64,000 nucleotides of DNA from Octopus vulgaris. Its lineage: Eukaryota. Location of the stretch: positions 39,804,001-39,868,000 of the forward strand of contig OX597818.1 in assembly GCA_951406725.2 (NCBI GenBank), read 5' to 3'. The notes beneath the pieces are model-generated. The model was not told the DNA's origin. It saw only the letters and a list, made by a program, of their open reading frames with translations, and searched no databases. The translations under genes were made by a program, and so were the position numbers. The first letter of the stretch is position 1; each line of letters opens with the position of its first letter. This document shows positions 12,800 through 25,739 of the stretch, piece after piece.

Positions 12800-13237
12800 C
12801 ATCATCATCATCATCATTTAGCATCCGTTTTCCATGCTAGCATGGGTTGGACGGTTCAACTGGGGTCTGTGAAGCCAGAAGGCTGCATCAGGCCCAGTCT
12901 GATCTGGCAGTGTTTCTACGGATGGTGCTTTTACATGCCACCGGCACGGAGGCCAGACGGGGCGGTGCTGGCAACGGCCACGAACGGATGGTGCTTTTTA
13001 TGTGCCACCGGCACAGGGGCCAGGCCAGGCTGGCAACGGCCACGAACGGATGGTGCTTTTTACGTGTCACCGGCACGGAGGCCAGTCGGGGCGGCGCTGG
13101 CAACGGCCACGATCAGATGGTTCGCTTACTTGTCACCGGCATTGGTATCACAGCCTCAATTTCCATTGATGTTGATCGACTTCGATTTTGGTTCTGCTTT
13201 CTGATATCTGATTTGATTTGGTTTGATCAAATCAGAT
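12799..13237 (-). mobile_element. RTE LINE 3'-end fragment with (TGA)n tail
   Basis: (CAT)n TTAGCATCCGTTTTCCATGCTAGCATGGGTTGGACGG plus ~60-bp GCCAG/CTGGC units, matching the 3' UTR of the RT-bearing copy at 44299-45223. Confidence 0.88.
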
Positions 13238-13654
13238 ATATATATATATACTGACAAGTAATAGTTTATTGCCACATCAATATGGCTGGTCCAATGTTGC
13301 AAGCATGCTGGCTTGCTTCAGTAGTCTCCATTAAAACATGTTTAACCGGTTGCAGTGATAAAAATTCCTCACAAATGGTTTCAGTACAGTTTTAACAGAA
13401 AGATCTGGAAGAATTAGATGACAATTCACTAGTAATTATCTTTCATGTAAATAAATGTTTATGTTAATTTTAAAATTTGCTAGCAAAATCCTATAAAATA
13501 ACAATGTTCTAAAAAAATGTACATGTTTATATGTTATGTATGAAAATAAAAATTTTATATCTGCACCTGATACAAGCAGGGGAGTGACCCCCCCCCCTAT
13601 AGAGATTTCTAAGTAGCTTCTTTGCTTATATATGGGTGTATTATATATAAATAT

Positions 13655-13690
<36 letters not shown>

Positions 13691-13731
13691 GTATATTTGT
13701 ATATATGTATATGTATATGTATAGGTATATA

Positions 13732-14012
13732 TACTGGGTCTTCCCATAATTAATGCATCTTTTTTTTATACTTCATTTATTTTTCAAAATTAAGATAAAG
13801 TCCTTTTTAATCTAAAATATAATTTCCTTCATTTTCTACAATGCTCTTTCATCTATCTGAGAGACTTGCAAGGCCTCTCTTTCAAAATTCATTTATCTGT
13901 GACAAAAATACTCCTCTAATACTATTCTGACCTCATCTACAGAATTCATATCTTTTCTGTCCAAATGATTTTGAAGACTGCAGAATAAATGATAATCAGA
14001 TGGGGGCAAAGT
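13732..14012 (-). mobile_element. Mariner 3'-end remnant (same family as 34660-35728)
   Basis: Reverse complement aligns with 35450-35728 (APSDYHLF...LQNHL region and the TIR). Confidence 0.8.
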
Positions 14013-14089
14013 GGACTAAACCTTTCATATTCCACCAAACAGATAAGAACACCTTACATGGATGAAGACCTTCTTTAGCCTGGGGTGCC

Positions 14090-14370
14090 GGTGTTTCTTC
14101 TTTCCCTCATCAGAGTTAGCCAATATGGAAGGGAATGTAGCGACTGCTCTCTATTTAAGTATAATTATAAAATATAATTATAATAAATGATTGGCTTACC
14201 CTACTGATGAGTGGAAAGCAGAAGGCGATAGCAAATAGCAAAGGGAGATAATCCCCAATTGTTGCCTTTGAGTAGGGAGGCATTTCCCCTGCATATTTTT
14301 AAGAGGTCATGAGCCAACAGGTTTTTGGGATCTGACAATATGCAATAAAGTTAAACCTCTATGGATAGGA
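14090..14370 (-). mobile_element. PLE terminal-repeat fragment with partial hammerhead core
   Basis: CATCAGAGTTAGCCAATATGGAAGGGAAT is shared with 49351-49380; minus strand reads GCTAACT-CTGATGA. Confidence 0.55.
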
Positions 14371-14469
14371 AACCTAAGGTAATCCCATAAACCAGCCTTC
14401 CCCATTTTTAATGTGTAGGTGTGTATGTGTTTTATATGTATATATATATATATATATACTTATATATAT

Positions 14470-14820
14470 GTCGTCATCATCATCATTTAATATCCACTTT
14501 CCATGCTGGCATAGGTTGGACAATTTGACTGAGGTCTGGCGAACCAGACTCCAGTCTGATCTGGCAGAGTTTCTACAGCTGGATGCCCTTCCTAACGCCA
14601 ATCACTCCGAGAGTGTAGTGGGTGCTTTTACATGCCACCGGCACGAGGGCCAGTCTGGTGGTACTGGCAGCGGCCATGCCCAAATGGTGCCTTTTACGTG
14701 CCACCTGCACAGGAGACAGTCCAGCGGCACTGGCAACAACCTCGCTTGAATATTTCACATGCCACCAGCACAAGTGCTAGTAAGGCGATACGGTAATGAT
14801 CACGCTCGAATGGTGTGCTT
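14470..14820 (-). mobile_element. RTE LINE 3'-end fragment
   Basis: (CAT)n tail, TTTCTACAGCTGGATGCCCTTCCTAACGCCA, and repeat units. Confidence 0.85.
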
Positions 14821-14864
14821 CTCATGAGTACCGCTGGCGATTTTTTTCCTCTGTCTTCCCTTCT

Positions 14865-15018
14865 CGGGATCTTTCCTTCTCCTATGTTTCCGACGAAGAG
14901 CTCCGCTCGAAACGTTAAACCCGCCTTCTTCCCTTCTTTCCTGAGCGTCCAATGATACTTTATTTGTTCCACGGCCTCGCGTTGTTGTGTTTTTTTGTGT
15001 TTTCTTGTTTGGATTAAC
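14865..15018 (+). mobile_element. Hammerhead-bearing repeat module, copy 3 (motif at 14886-14920)
   Basis: GTTT-CCGACGA-AGAGCTCCGCTC-GAAACGTT-AAAC with a perfect GTTT/AAAC stem I; the module ends in (TA)n. Confidence 0.75.
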
Positions 15019-15480
15019 TATATATATATATATATATAAAGAATGATACATCGATGGTTGCATGATAGCATGTCCAAGCCTCAACAAGAACTATCTACTT
15101 TGTTACCTCGTTATAGATAATACTGTTACAATGTGTGCCAACAGGTTCTTCTCCATTTCACATTCTATTAACTCTTGGGTATCACTTCTTCTTTCCCACT
15201 CCAACAACCTTTTTCGGTGTTATTTTTAGCTACATTCACACCTATTCAGGTGATATCTTCATTTACTCATTGATAATCTTTTACATACATGCACAATAGT
15301 TACATGCAGATTATAAATCTCATGCTAAACGTGAACTATTTCAATGAAATAAAAAGACCTAGCAAGCATCAAACTGGGAAATATCCTTTAATAGCATCAA
15401 AATAACAACAACAACAACAATAATAATAATAATGATAATAATAATAATAATAATAATGATAATAATAATAATAATAATAA

Positions 15481-16033
15481 ATGTCCTGATGCAGTACCAG
15501 ACAGTGGCTCTCATGGCTTCTCATCTTAACTGATTGGAAGTGTTATGTACATTGATTTGTATTATTATAAAAGATGGGCTACAGCAAATATTCTGCTCAA
15601 TACCACAGATTTGCTTGTCAGTTGTTTGACCTTAACCAGTTGAGCATGTCCCTTAGTGGCTGACGATATGTGCTTCTCTGATCATGAGCAGAAGTAGTGG
15701 GGGAGCATCAGAGCCGTGTGTTGAAAGGAATTCTTGGAGGTTTGGATATTTCGCCTTTGGAAACCAGGGTGGTTTGTTCAACATCCTTAAATATTCCTTA
15801 TTCAGGGACATTTTGAGTGAGATGGGCTACTCGACCAGAAGAAAATTCTAACTGGGTCCCACCTGCAAAGTCATGCTCTGTTAATCTTGATATGAGATCA
15901 CTATATCGCACACATACGGTTGTGATGCCTGTGCCTAGTGCACCCTTATCAGATGGGTTGTCATGATGGGTATACTGGGCTTCATATATTTTACCCCAGT
16001 GTCACTTTGATTGCATGCACTGCTCTCTCACTC
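15481..16033. mobile_element. ~550-bp non-coding element inserted inside a (TAA)n tract
   Basis: Complex sequence bounded on both sides by (TAA)n (15403-15480 and 16034-16066). This is consistent with a TAA-targeting retroelement such as R4/Dong (inference). Confidence 0.45.
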
Positions 16034-16068
<35 letters not shown>

Positions 16069-16720
16069 GAGCACTGAGGGAGCACAAACCTCTACCAAGT
16101 CAGAACCAACGTCCTCTCAACAGTTAGTCGGAGATGATTTTTAAAATGAGAATATCTTAAACTCAACTGCTCTCACAAATGAGAATACTAAAAACAAACC
16201 TAATCGCTCTCAAAAATTATTTGAGAATGATCCCTGGCTTACCATCCATGCAAGAAATGCATTGTATTGAGAAGAGCATTGTCACAGTGGATTTTCTTTC
16301 CTTTACCCCTTTTTTTCTTTTTCAATTTTTTCTATTTTTTATTCTTCTAATTTTTCCTTTTTTTTCTTTTTCTTTCTTTCACCCTTTTCTTTTCTGTCAC
16401 ATTTGAAAATGAACAATCTGGTATGTTTATTTAAATGACCTATCATGTATACGGTGAGTTTCTTTGCCCTTAGGTATGGGGAAGACACTTGGCAAGAAAT
16501 GGAAACAAGATTGAAAGAAGAAAATAGTAATAATAATCCTGGTACTTACACCCACTGCATGTACGAACATTTTTCTAACCTGATTGTAGTTTTCAGGGGT
16601 CTGTATGTCCACCCACTTCATCTCCCTCTAGGGATCATCTTGGCCATTGAGATTATAGTAGGAGGTCTGACTCATACTGAACTAATGGGACAATAACAAC
16701 TAAGATCATGTTCATCTAAG

Positions 16721-17111
16721 AACTAGCTGTCAAGATGTGGCTGACTGAAATTTCAGAGAAACATTTTATGACAGTCTCATAGATGTTGCTTTCCATTGTC
16801 CTTTAATTTGGCTTTCCTAAGGGAAGATAAAAATTCAGTATTGCAAGCTAATCATATTCCTGTCAAATATTCCTGTCCAGAAGTGAGCTGTACTTCTATA
16901 TATTTATAGTAAGATTGACTGAGTTTATGAGAATCAATGGTGTTTGTCAGAAATAGTGTAGCATCTGTGAAGGAATAAGTATTCAGTGGCATGATTCAAA
17001 TGATGTATCTATAACTTGCTGGGCAACTGTGCTACCAGTAACTCCACAGACCACCTGGCATCACATCTCATTAAATGAAATACTATTAAATATTTATGTT
17101 ACTTTGACTGT
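16721..17111 (+). repeat. ~390-bp repeat with an inverted copy at 25352-25713
   Basis: CTGAAATTTCAGAGAAACATTTTATGACA...TATAACTTGCTGGGCAACTGTGCTA...TATTTATGTTACTTTGACTGT is the reverse complement of 25352-25713. Confidence 0.85.
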
Positions 17112-17389
17112 AATATTTTATTACTTTGATTCAAGAATTATTTAGCCCTGTCCAGCATAATGCTGTCCACAAATTCCGTTTGACCCCTTTACAAGCATGA
17201 AATACTGGATGTTAGAACAAGAACAACAACAACAACGATGATGATGATGATGATGACGATGACGATGATGATGACGATGATGATGATGACGATGATGATG
17301 ATGACAATGATGATGATGACGATGATAATGACGATGATGATGATGATATCTGTTTATATAAATCAAACAGTTCTCATGTCTTTGCAGAT

Positions 17390-17850
17390 ATGGATTGGCC
17401 TCCCATACAACTTAAATCAAATCTTTTCATGTTGTCACAGTTCTAATAATCCCCTCCAACACATGAAGTTCTTTGGTGAGGGACCTCATTGATATTTTGG
17501 GATCATCATCGATCAATTTTTGAAACTGTTGGATGAAATGTGGTGTCCTTATAATGTCTGGACAGTAAGATTATCTTTTATTTCATTGATGCGACTGAAA
17601 CATTCCCACCAGTGGCTTCCAGTTCCAATTCCATCTGAACCTTGTGTACAAAGAACCCTGCAACATTTAGAAAGTTGACAATTTCTAAATTGGTGTATTC
17701 TATAGTAACAATGACTACACATCCTTTAATTTCTTGTGTGTTAGCATTTTATCTTCCTCGCAAGGTCTGAAAGAAATATTAACCTTTAATTAGTTTGAAA
17801 AGTGCAATATATTGATAATTAAGTGTTCTCAAATACCCCTTGTACCCTAT
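17390..17850 (-). mobile_element. Decayed Tc1/mariner-superfamily transposase N-terminal (HTH) remnant
   Basis: Minus-strand peptides IVNFLNVAGFFVHKV and IRTPHFIQQFQKLIDDDPKISMRSLTKELHVLEGIIR, with frameshifts. A TA-flanked TIR-like end lies at ~17850. Confidence 0.65.
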
Positions 17851-18003
17851 ATATATATATATATATATAGAGCATCATCATCATCATCATCGTTTAACGT
17901 CCGATTTTCATGCTAGCATGAGTTGGACGATTTGACTGAGGACTGGTGAACCAGATGGCTGCACGAGGCTCCAATCTGTATGCAAACATGCAGACACACA
18001 TGT

Positions 18004-18418
18004 TTACTTTCACTTTACTCTTTTACTTGCTTCAATCATTTGACTGCGGCCATGCTGGAGCACTGCCTTTAGTTGAGCAAATTGACCCCAGGACTTATTT
18101 TTTGTAAGCCTAGTACTTATTCTATCGGTCTCTTTTGCCGAACCGCTAAGTTACAGGGATGTAAACACACCAGCATCGGTTGTCAAGCGATGTTGGGGCT
18201 GGGGAACAAACACAGACACACAAACACCCACACAATAATATATACATATACATATATATGACAGACTTCTTTCAGTTTCCGTCTACCAAATCCACTTACA
18301 AGGCTTTGGTCAGCCCAAGGTTTTAGTAGAGGACACTTGCCCAAGGTGCAACGCAATGGGACTGAACCCGGAACCATGTGGTTGGTAAGCAAGCTACTTA
18401 CCACACAGCCACTCCTAC
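18004..18418 (-). mobile_element. SINE family A, full length
   Basis: Complete reverse-complement copy including the A/B-box head. It is preceded by a short RTE tail at 17873-17978. Confidence 0.92.
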
Positions 18419-18471
18419 ATACAGTCATAACATAATATACATACATACTGACAAACATACATACATACATG

Positions 18472-18526
<55 letters not shown>

Positions 18527-18601
18527 AAATATTAGGGAATAAATCCAAACTTACAGGGAAAAATCAGATTTAGGATTAAATCCAATTTTATAGTAAAATA
18601 T

Positions 18602-18833
18602 TATATTATATTAAATTAGAGATAAAACCACTATTAGGCAAATCAAACAATGAAAAACATAAGCCAATACATAAAATTAATTAATTTATATTATTTTAAA
18701 TATATATCTAAACTTTTAATACTTTTGATATATATTTAAAATAATATAAATTAATTAATTTTATGTATTGGCTTATGTTTTTCATTGTTTGATTTGCCTA
18801 ATAGTGGTTTTATCTCTAATTTAATATAATATA
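18602..18833. repeat. ~230-bp near-perfect palindrome
   Basis: TATATTATATTAAATTAGAGATAAAACCACTATTAGGCAAATCAAACAATGAAAAAC and its reverse complement. One arm recurs at 50915-51010. Confidence 0.92.
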
Positions 18834-19436
18834 TATATATGTATACATAAATATATGCATATTTGTAAACTGAACATAAATTATTATCTATGGGTCCAAT
18901 TTTTGGGTGAGTGTTTTAAGGTGAACTATGTAAAGAAAATATTAAGAAAGAAACTTCAAGAAATTGATACAATATCCACATAAAGGAGCAGATGGCAGTT
19001 AGCTTGCAACATGCTTGTACATGTGTTCAGAAAATTTAGTGTCATTAAACTTTCGATATGACAAATATATCGACTTCATCAATACTTATGCAATGTACGT
19101 CACCGTAAATGATTTTTCTGTCTTTGTCATCTCCATCATCTCCATCATCGACATCACTGCAGTGTCTTGTAATCTGAAGCACATTTAGATGCTGCACCTA
19201 ATGACTGAGCAATTTTACTGATCTAATTTCAGAACTTCATGTTTTGTCTTGATGTATTGCAACGTTGTTAATGAATATGTGTGTAAATATATGGTTGAGA
19301 AATTAGTGTCTTCGTTAAGGAGACACTGCAACATCAATAACAAGACAAGAGCTGTGTACCCTTAGCTTGTTGATTCTTATCCCATTAACCCTTCCCCTTA
19401 GCATTCAGGCCATCAATGATATAACAAAAATAAATA

Positions 19437-19850
19437 AGGCAGCGAGCTGGCAGAAACGTTAGCACGCCGGGTGAAATGCTTAGTGGTATTTCGTCTGCCG
19501 CTATGTTTTGAGTTCAAATTCTGCCAAGGTTGACTTTGCCATTCATCCTTACGGAGTCGATTAAATAAGTACCAGTTATGCACTGGGGTCGATATAATCG
19601 ACTTAATCCATTTGTCTGTCCTTGTTTGTCCTCTCTGTGTTTAGCCCCTTGTGGGTAGTAAAAAAATACATATTTCGTCTGTCGCTACGTTTTGAGTTCA
19701 AATTCTGCCAAGGTTGACTTTGCCTTTCATCCTTTCGGGGTCGATTAAATAAGTACCAGTTATGCACTGGGGTCGATATAATCAACTTAATCCGTTTGTC
19801 TGTCCTTGTTTGTCCTCTCTGTGTTTAGCCCCTTGTAGGTAGTAAAAGAG
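19437..19850 (+). mobile_element. SINE family B with tandem partial duplication
   Basis: GGCAGCGAGCTGGCAGAAACGTTAGCACGCCGGG...GAGTTCAAATTC...GCCTTTCATCCTTTCGGGGTCGATTAAATAAGTACCAG. The 3' ~180 bp are repeated at 19670-19850. Confidence 0.88.
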
Positions 19851-20274
19851 TAAAAAGTATACCTATTTTTTTTTTTTAAATCATTGTGGATAAATGCCAG
19901 AAATGACCTCAGGCTCTCCCATATTTTAGATTATAAACAGAAACAATCAGGGGCAGGGAGTAAGGTTGAAAAAAATCATAAATTTTTGAATATTTTTTTA
20001 TAGCATAAATGTGTTTATGGGGAGAAACGTATTGAAAAACATCAATACATGTAAGAGTAAGAAAGAAATGATGAAGGTTGTCTTGGGATGTGCTAGAAAC
20101 TCCCTTAAATCATACTTTTACCTCTAAAAATATCAACAATTTTTTTTTTTTTTGTTACCGAAATGGCCCTTCTCATGGTTTTTAACTGCAAAAAAACTGG
20201 CCAAAATCGGTCTAGAGAGAGGATGGTAGGGATTAAAAAAACATGAACTTATGTGCTCCACTTTTTTCAAAAAA

Positions 20275-20600
20275 CCTCTCCTCCACTCCGCGAAAAAATT
20301 TTCCTCACAAACTTCTTTATAATCATAATCTATGCCATTTGAAAGTTATTTGTATTTACTTTCATTAAAAGATACCCATTTTCCTAAAAGTTATGAGGAA
20401 AAAATCAGATCATGTGAATTTTCCCAAAATCCTCTCTCCACCCCTTCGGAAAAATTATTTTCCGCAAATTTCTTTTTAACCGTAATCTAGACCATTTAAA
20501 AGGTATTTATATAAAATTTCATTAAAAGATATCGATCTTCCTGAAAGTTATGAGGGAGTAATCGGATCATGTGAATATTCCGAAAGTCCTCTCTCCACCC
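20275..20600. repeat. Two diverged tandem ~157-bp units within an unclassified (possibly rolling-circle) element
   Basis: TTTCATTAAAAGATA...AAAGTTATGAGG...GATCATGTGAA...TCCTCTCTCCACCC occurs twice. Confidence 0.7.
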
Positions 20601-21323
20601 ACTCCATTCATTTGCTCAAATTTTTGTTTCCATATTCATTCTCTACACATTGTTTTACACCTATTAGATTCTTTTTTTTTTTTGGTAACCGGTTGTTAAC
20701 CTCTTTCTAAATATATAGAATCTGTATACCACTTCAAACAATCTATACATATATATATGTATATAGGCAAAGGTAAAGACCCCAATATATATAAAGGGAA
20801 AGTTTACAAAAATAAACAAAAGATGAAGGCAGGTGGAGTACAAACAAACAAATGTATTAGTATAGCGCTCAGGAATAGAAAAAGTCTAAACAAGGAGAGA
20901 AAAATATATATATATATATGTATATATAAGTATATAACTATTAATATGTAATTATGTCAATATAAATATATAATTATATAGACATTGGACATCTACTTCT
21001 AGCGTATTGGCATTGTTCCTCCAGCGCCCTTAATTATAATTATATATTCATAATTATATACTTAAATATTAATTTTAATGATTCAGTGGTTTTATTATAT
21101 GCTGGCCACTGGTATAATCCTTTAATGATTATATCCTCAATTTATACATATATATATATATTGTCAGTTCCCTCAGCTGACAAAAATGAGTTGTACCTGT
21201 ATTTCAAAAGGCCAGCCTTGTAGCATTCTATGTCATGCTAAATCTCCCTGAGAACTATGTATATAACTGGCATGCCAGTTATATACATTCATATACGTGT
21301 GTGTGTGTGTGTGTGTATATATA

Positions 21324-21735
21324 TTTACTCTTTTACTCTTTTACTTGTTTCAGTCATTTGACTGCGGCCATGCTGGAGCACCGCCTTTAATCGATCAACT
21401 CAACCCCAGGACTTATTCTTTTGTAAGCCCAGTACTTATTCTATCGGTCTCTTTTGCCGAATCGCTAAGTAACGGTGACATAAACACACCAGCATCAGTT
21501 GTCAAGTGATGTTGGGGGGACAAACACAGACACACAAACATACACACACGCATATATATATATACATATATACGACAGGCTTCTTTCAGTTTCCGTCTAC
21601 CAAATCCACTCACAAGGCTTTGGTTGGCCCAAGGCTATAGTAGAAGACACTTGCCCAAGGTGCCACGCAGTGGGACTGAACCCGGAACCATGTGGTTGGT
21701 AAACAAGCTACTTACCACACAGCCACTCCTGCGCC
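21324..21735 (-). mobile_element. SINE family A, full length
   Basis: Complete reverse-complement copy, followed by a short RTE tail at 21741-21850. Confidence 0.92.
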
Positions 21736-21895
21736 TTTGAATCATCATCATCATCATCATCATCGTTTAGCGTCCGTTTTCCATGCTAGCATGGGTTGGA
21801 CGGTTCTACTGGGGTCTCTGAAGCCAGAAGGCTTCATCAGGCCCAGTCAAATGTATGTATATATTCATATACATACAAACACACAATATCATAAA

Positions 21896-22220
21896 GAGGC
21901 ACATGGCTCAGTGGTTAGAGCGTCAAGCTTACAATCGTGAGGTTGTGAGCTCAAATCCCAGACCGGGCTGCATGTTGTGTTCTTGAGCAAGACACTTTAT
22001 TTCCCGTTGCTCCAGTTCACTCAGCTGTAGAAATGAGTTGTGATGTCACAAGTGCCAAGCTGTATCCACCCTTGCCTTTCCCCTTGGATAACACTGGTGG
22101 TGAGGAGAGAGAAGGCCTGTATGCATGGGTGACTGCTGGTCTTCCATAAAACAACCTTACCCGGACTTGTTCCTGGGAGGGTAACTTTCTAGGTGCAATC
22201 CCACGGTCAGTGTCGTGACC
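21896..22220 (+). mobile_element. tRNA-derived SINE family C
   Basis: A box TGGCTCAGTGG, B-box-like AGCTCAAATCCC, and TTGTGTTCTTGAGCAAGACACTTTA...CACTCAGCTG. Related copies lie at 27262-27505, 31825-32075 and 47570-47920. Confidence 0.85.
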
Positions 22221-22221
22221 A

Positions 22222-22371
22222 AAAATATTCGCTGATGACTCTAACCTCCAGAAAATTATCAACGAAGAAGACTGAGCTGAACTCCAGTCTGATTTACATG
22301 CTGTGAGTCAATGGGCAGACAAAAACAAAATGCAACTAAATGAGGGAAAATTTGAGCTGATGCATTCTGGT
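22222..22371 (+). mobile_element. CR1/L2-group LINE reverse transcriptase fragment
   Basis: Translates as KIFADDSNLQKIINEED*AELQSDLHAVSQWADKNKMQLNEGKFELMHSG (FADD and LQxDL...W motifs). Confidence 0.8.
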
Positions 22372-23336
22372 AAAAAGCCTATGCTACCACACTGCGATCT
22401 ATGAAGTCTCTTCTCTCGAACAACACAATCCACAAAAGAAAATAAAGCGGTGCTCCATCATGGCCACAGTCAAATGACTGAAACAAATTAAAGAATGAAG
22501 GAATATATCATCATCATCATGACTGTTGTCATCATTGTCATCATCATTGTTCTATGCTTACATGGATTGGTGAGTTTGACAACAACTGCAGGGTCTAAGG
22601 ACTACATCATGCTCCATTGTCTGCTTTGGCATGGTTTATACAGCTGGATGCCTTTTGTAAAGCCAACCCCTTTACAGTGTGTGTTGGATGCTTTTTTCTA
22701 GGTGCCAGTATTTATGAAGTTGTCATGCAGCTGGCAAGACTACAAACCCCAAGGGAGGCAGCTTTATCATCAGAGCAGAGAGTTATGTATATATGTATGA
22801 GAACAGAATTTTAGTTTTATTTCGTAAAGATCCATAAACTTTATTCCCTCTTTTTCCTTTCTCTCTGTCAGCCTCCAACCTTAATATTATATCCATACCT
22901 GAAGGCTTATCTTCACCTTTAGTTAATTAAAGTTCAGTTAAAGTCCTGACTTGAAAATGCCTTCAGTTTGCTCTGCAACTCACAGTTGACACAGACGGTC
23001 ATTAAGAAGGTCACCTTGTTATTATGAGACCCCTGATTCAATCACACTGCAGGGATTTTTGGACAAGTGCTTTTTACTACAATCTTGGATTGACCCAAGA
23101 GATGAGCTCTTCGAAATGGAGTGGCTGCAGTAACAAGCGCCACTGGCCATTCTCTGCAACAACATCACTGTGGTTATTACTATAGGGCACAGCAGAGTAC
23201 ACCATTTGTACCAAGGTGTGTGGCCCATCACCCCCTCTTCTGCTGATTTGCTCCTCCTTACCTTTTTTCTTTTCCTTATTTTTTTTCTTTGTTTGTCTTT
23301 GTTATAATAATTTAAAATGTTGCATAATTGACTGTG

Positions 23337-23640
23337 TGGAGGCACATGGCCTAGTGGTTAGAGCAGCGGACTCGCGGTTGAGGGATTGCAGGTTCAAATC
23401 TCAGACTGGGCGATGTGTGTGTTTATGAGCGAAACACCTAAGCTCCATGCGGCTCCGGCGGAAGGTAATGGCGAACTTCTACTGACTCTTTCGCCAAAAC
23501 TTTCTCTCACTTTTTCCTCCTGCATCTTGCAGTTCACCTGCGACGGACCAGCATCGCATCCAGGTGGGGAACCTATACACCAAGGAAACCAGGAAACTGG
23601 CCCTTATGAGCCAGCCATGGCTTGCGAAGGAACAAACAAT
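23337..23640 (+). mobile_element. tRNA-derived SINE family D
   Basis: TGGCCTAGTGGTTAGAGCAGCGGACTCGCGG...GGTTCAAATCT head. Its 3' part (GAAAC...GGAAACTGG...ATGAGCC) resembles 37250-37355. Confidence 0.75.
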
Positions 23641-24022
23641 AATTGACTATAGAAATAAAGATTTTTTGTTCATACCTGTTTTCCAAAGACCCAACACTGC
23701 CATTTAGTCTGTGGATAACTTATCCACTTATCTATCAATTTAACAAGTAGTCTAATTGATCAAACAACTGAATATTGATCAGTAAAAATTATAGATTTAT
23801 CATGGTTCCAGCACTCAACATCAACCAGAGTTAAACTTGCACTTAAATATGATTCTAAAATTAACTTATATGCTTTCATCAAAATAGGATTCCTGATATA
23901 TGTTAAAGATCATGACCCAACCCATACCAACATGGGAAAACAGACATTAAATGATGATGATAATGATGGTGGTGGTGGTGGTACTGGTGACGACGACGAT
24001 GGTGGTGATGACAGTGATGATG

Positions 24023-24252
24023 GGTGGCGAGCTGGCAGAATCATTAGCACGCCGGGCGAAATGCATAGCCGTATTTCATCTGCCGTTACGTTCTGAGTTC
24101 AAATTCCGTCGAGGTCGACTTTGCCTTTCATCCTCTCGGGGTTGGTAAATTAAGTACCAGTTATGCACTGGGGTCGATATAATCGACTTAATCCGTTTGT
24201 CTGTCCTTGTTTGTCCCCTCTATGTTTAGCCCCTTGTTGGGTAATAAAGAAA
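24023..24252 (+). mobile_element. SINE family B
   Basis: Matches the 19437 copy. Further copies lie at 36265-36465 (+), 37370-37580 (-) and 40365-40572 (-). Confidence 0.88.
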
Positions 24253-24872
24253 CAGATGATGATGATGGTGGTGGTGGTGGTGGTGGTGGTGATGGTGATG
24301 GTGATGTTGACAGTGGTGGCGGCGGCAGCGACCATGAGGACGAGAATTTTTTAAGCATGAACTTAAGTTGTAGAAACCATGCCAAAGTAGATACCTGAAC
24401 GTAATGCAGTCCTTGTAAACCCTGACTGTATGGAACACAGACAATAATAGTGATGATGATTAAGATGTTCTGGAGAGAAAATACTAGGAAGAGTTGTTAG
24501 TGGGTGGGGAGCATCTGGCAAAGTGGATACAATGTGTAATGAGAGGAAGAGAGAGCCTTGGTGGAAGTAACATAAGACCAGCCTGCATAAAGGAGTGAAG
24601 ATCATTTTAGTAGTATCAAGAGAAAAGGCAGAGGAAACTGTGGGTCAAATAGGTAGATGTGTTAGTTGAGTTACTGTATGCCTGTCAATCAGGAGATATT
24701 TTTTTGGATGCAGTCCAGGATGCGTATCACTTGTCAGGTAATCATGTTATTGATTACTTTACAGTACTTACCATCTAGTTCCTCAATTTGTTTGCTGTGA
24801 AAAACAACCCCACAAAGTTATTTCTGTTTGTAATCATCAAACCAAATCAAGGTAAGACATTTCACTATGCTC

Positions 24873-25290
24873 AGTGCTGGATTAACCAATAAGCAAAACA
24901 ATCACATGCTTAGCGGATCAAGAGAAATGGGATACCACAGAAATGGTAAATGGTTTAAGGCACAAAAGAAATCACATTAAACTTGCCAAAATAATATTCA
25001 GGATGCCTTATATCTACTAAGTATAGAAGTAGATGTGTTACGTAAGAATAATTTTGTGGATCTGATTAAAGACTTAACAATTGAAAAAGTAGGAGAAAAC
25101 TTTTCAAATATAAATAAATTTAAAGTATATAAAAATAAACATTATTTTCCATTTTACTCTTAATTTTGTTTCATTTTGAAAAATGAAAAATTATTTTATG
25201 ATGTATGATTGTTTATATTTTAGACTATATGCATATGGGGGCACCAAAGTCTTTTAAGTGCTTAGGGCCTCCATGGGTCTTAATCTGGCC
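24873..25290 (+). mobile_element. hAT-derived non-autonomous element
   Basis: TIR-like CAGTGCTGGATTAA and TTAATCTGGCCTT, with an internal hAT C-terminal-like remnant SIEVDVLRKNNFVDLIKDL at ~25020. Confidence 0.6.
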
Positions 25291-25351
25291 TTCCTTATAT
25301 TGTATATTAATTAGCAGAATAGCATGTCCCACTAGCACTCAATAAAACAGC

Positions 25352-25713
25352 ACAGTCAAAGTAACATAAATATTTAATGATATTTCATTTAAAGAAATGT
25401 GATGCCAGGTGGTCTATGGTGTTATTGATAGCACAGTTGCCCAGCAAGTTATATATACATCATTTGAATCATGCCACTAAACACTTATTCCTTCACAGAT
25501 GCTGCTCTATTTCTGACAAAGACCATTAACTCTCATAAACTCAGTCAGCATTACTATAAATATACAATAATACAGGAATATGATTAGCTTGCAGTACTGG
25601 ATTTTTATCTCCCCTTATGGAAGTCAGAATAAAGCACAATAGAAAGCAACATCTATTAGATTGTCATAAAATGTTTCTCTGAAATTTCAGCTGGCCACAT
25701 CTTCAAAGCTAGT
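25352..25713 (-). repeat. Inverted copy of 16721-17111
   Basis: Manual alignment at both ends and in the middle; there is an internal indel. Confidence 0.85.
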
Positions 25714-25739
25714 ACATCTAAATTTTGGTTCCTCATACA

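Noticed and set aside
16470-16545. Possible exon RYGEDTWQEMETRLKEENS (faint H-NOX-like look), or a minus-strand exon ending at GTAAGT near 16549
   Set aside because: Too short, weak splice signals, and no partner exons recognisable in the window.
19045-19175. Minus-strand acidic mini-exon candidate (ITRHCSDVDDGDDGDDKDRK)
   Set aside because: The acidic run derives from CATCTC/CAT repeats and there is no homology I can recognise.
21896-21970. tRNA genes at SINE heads (also 23337, 33176, 44132)
   Set aside because: A and B boxes are present, but there is no complete cloverleaf and each continues into a SINE body.
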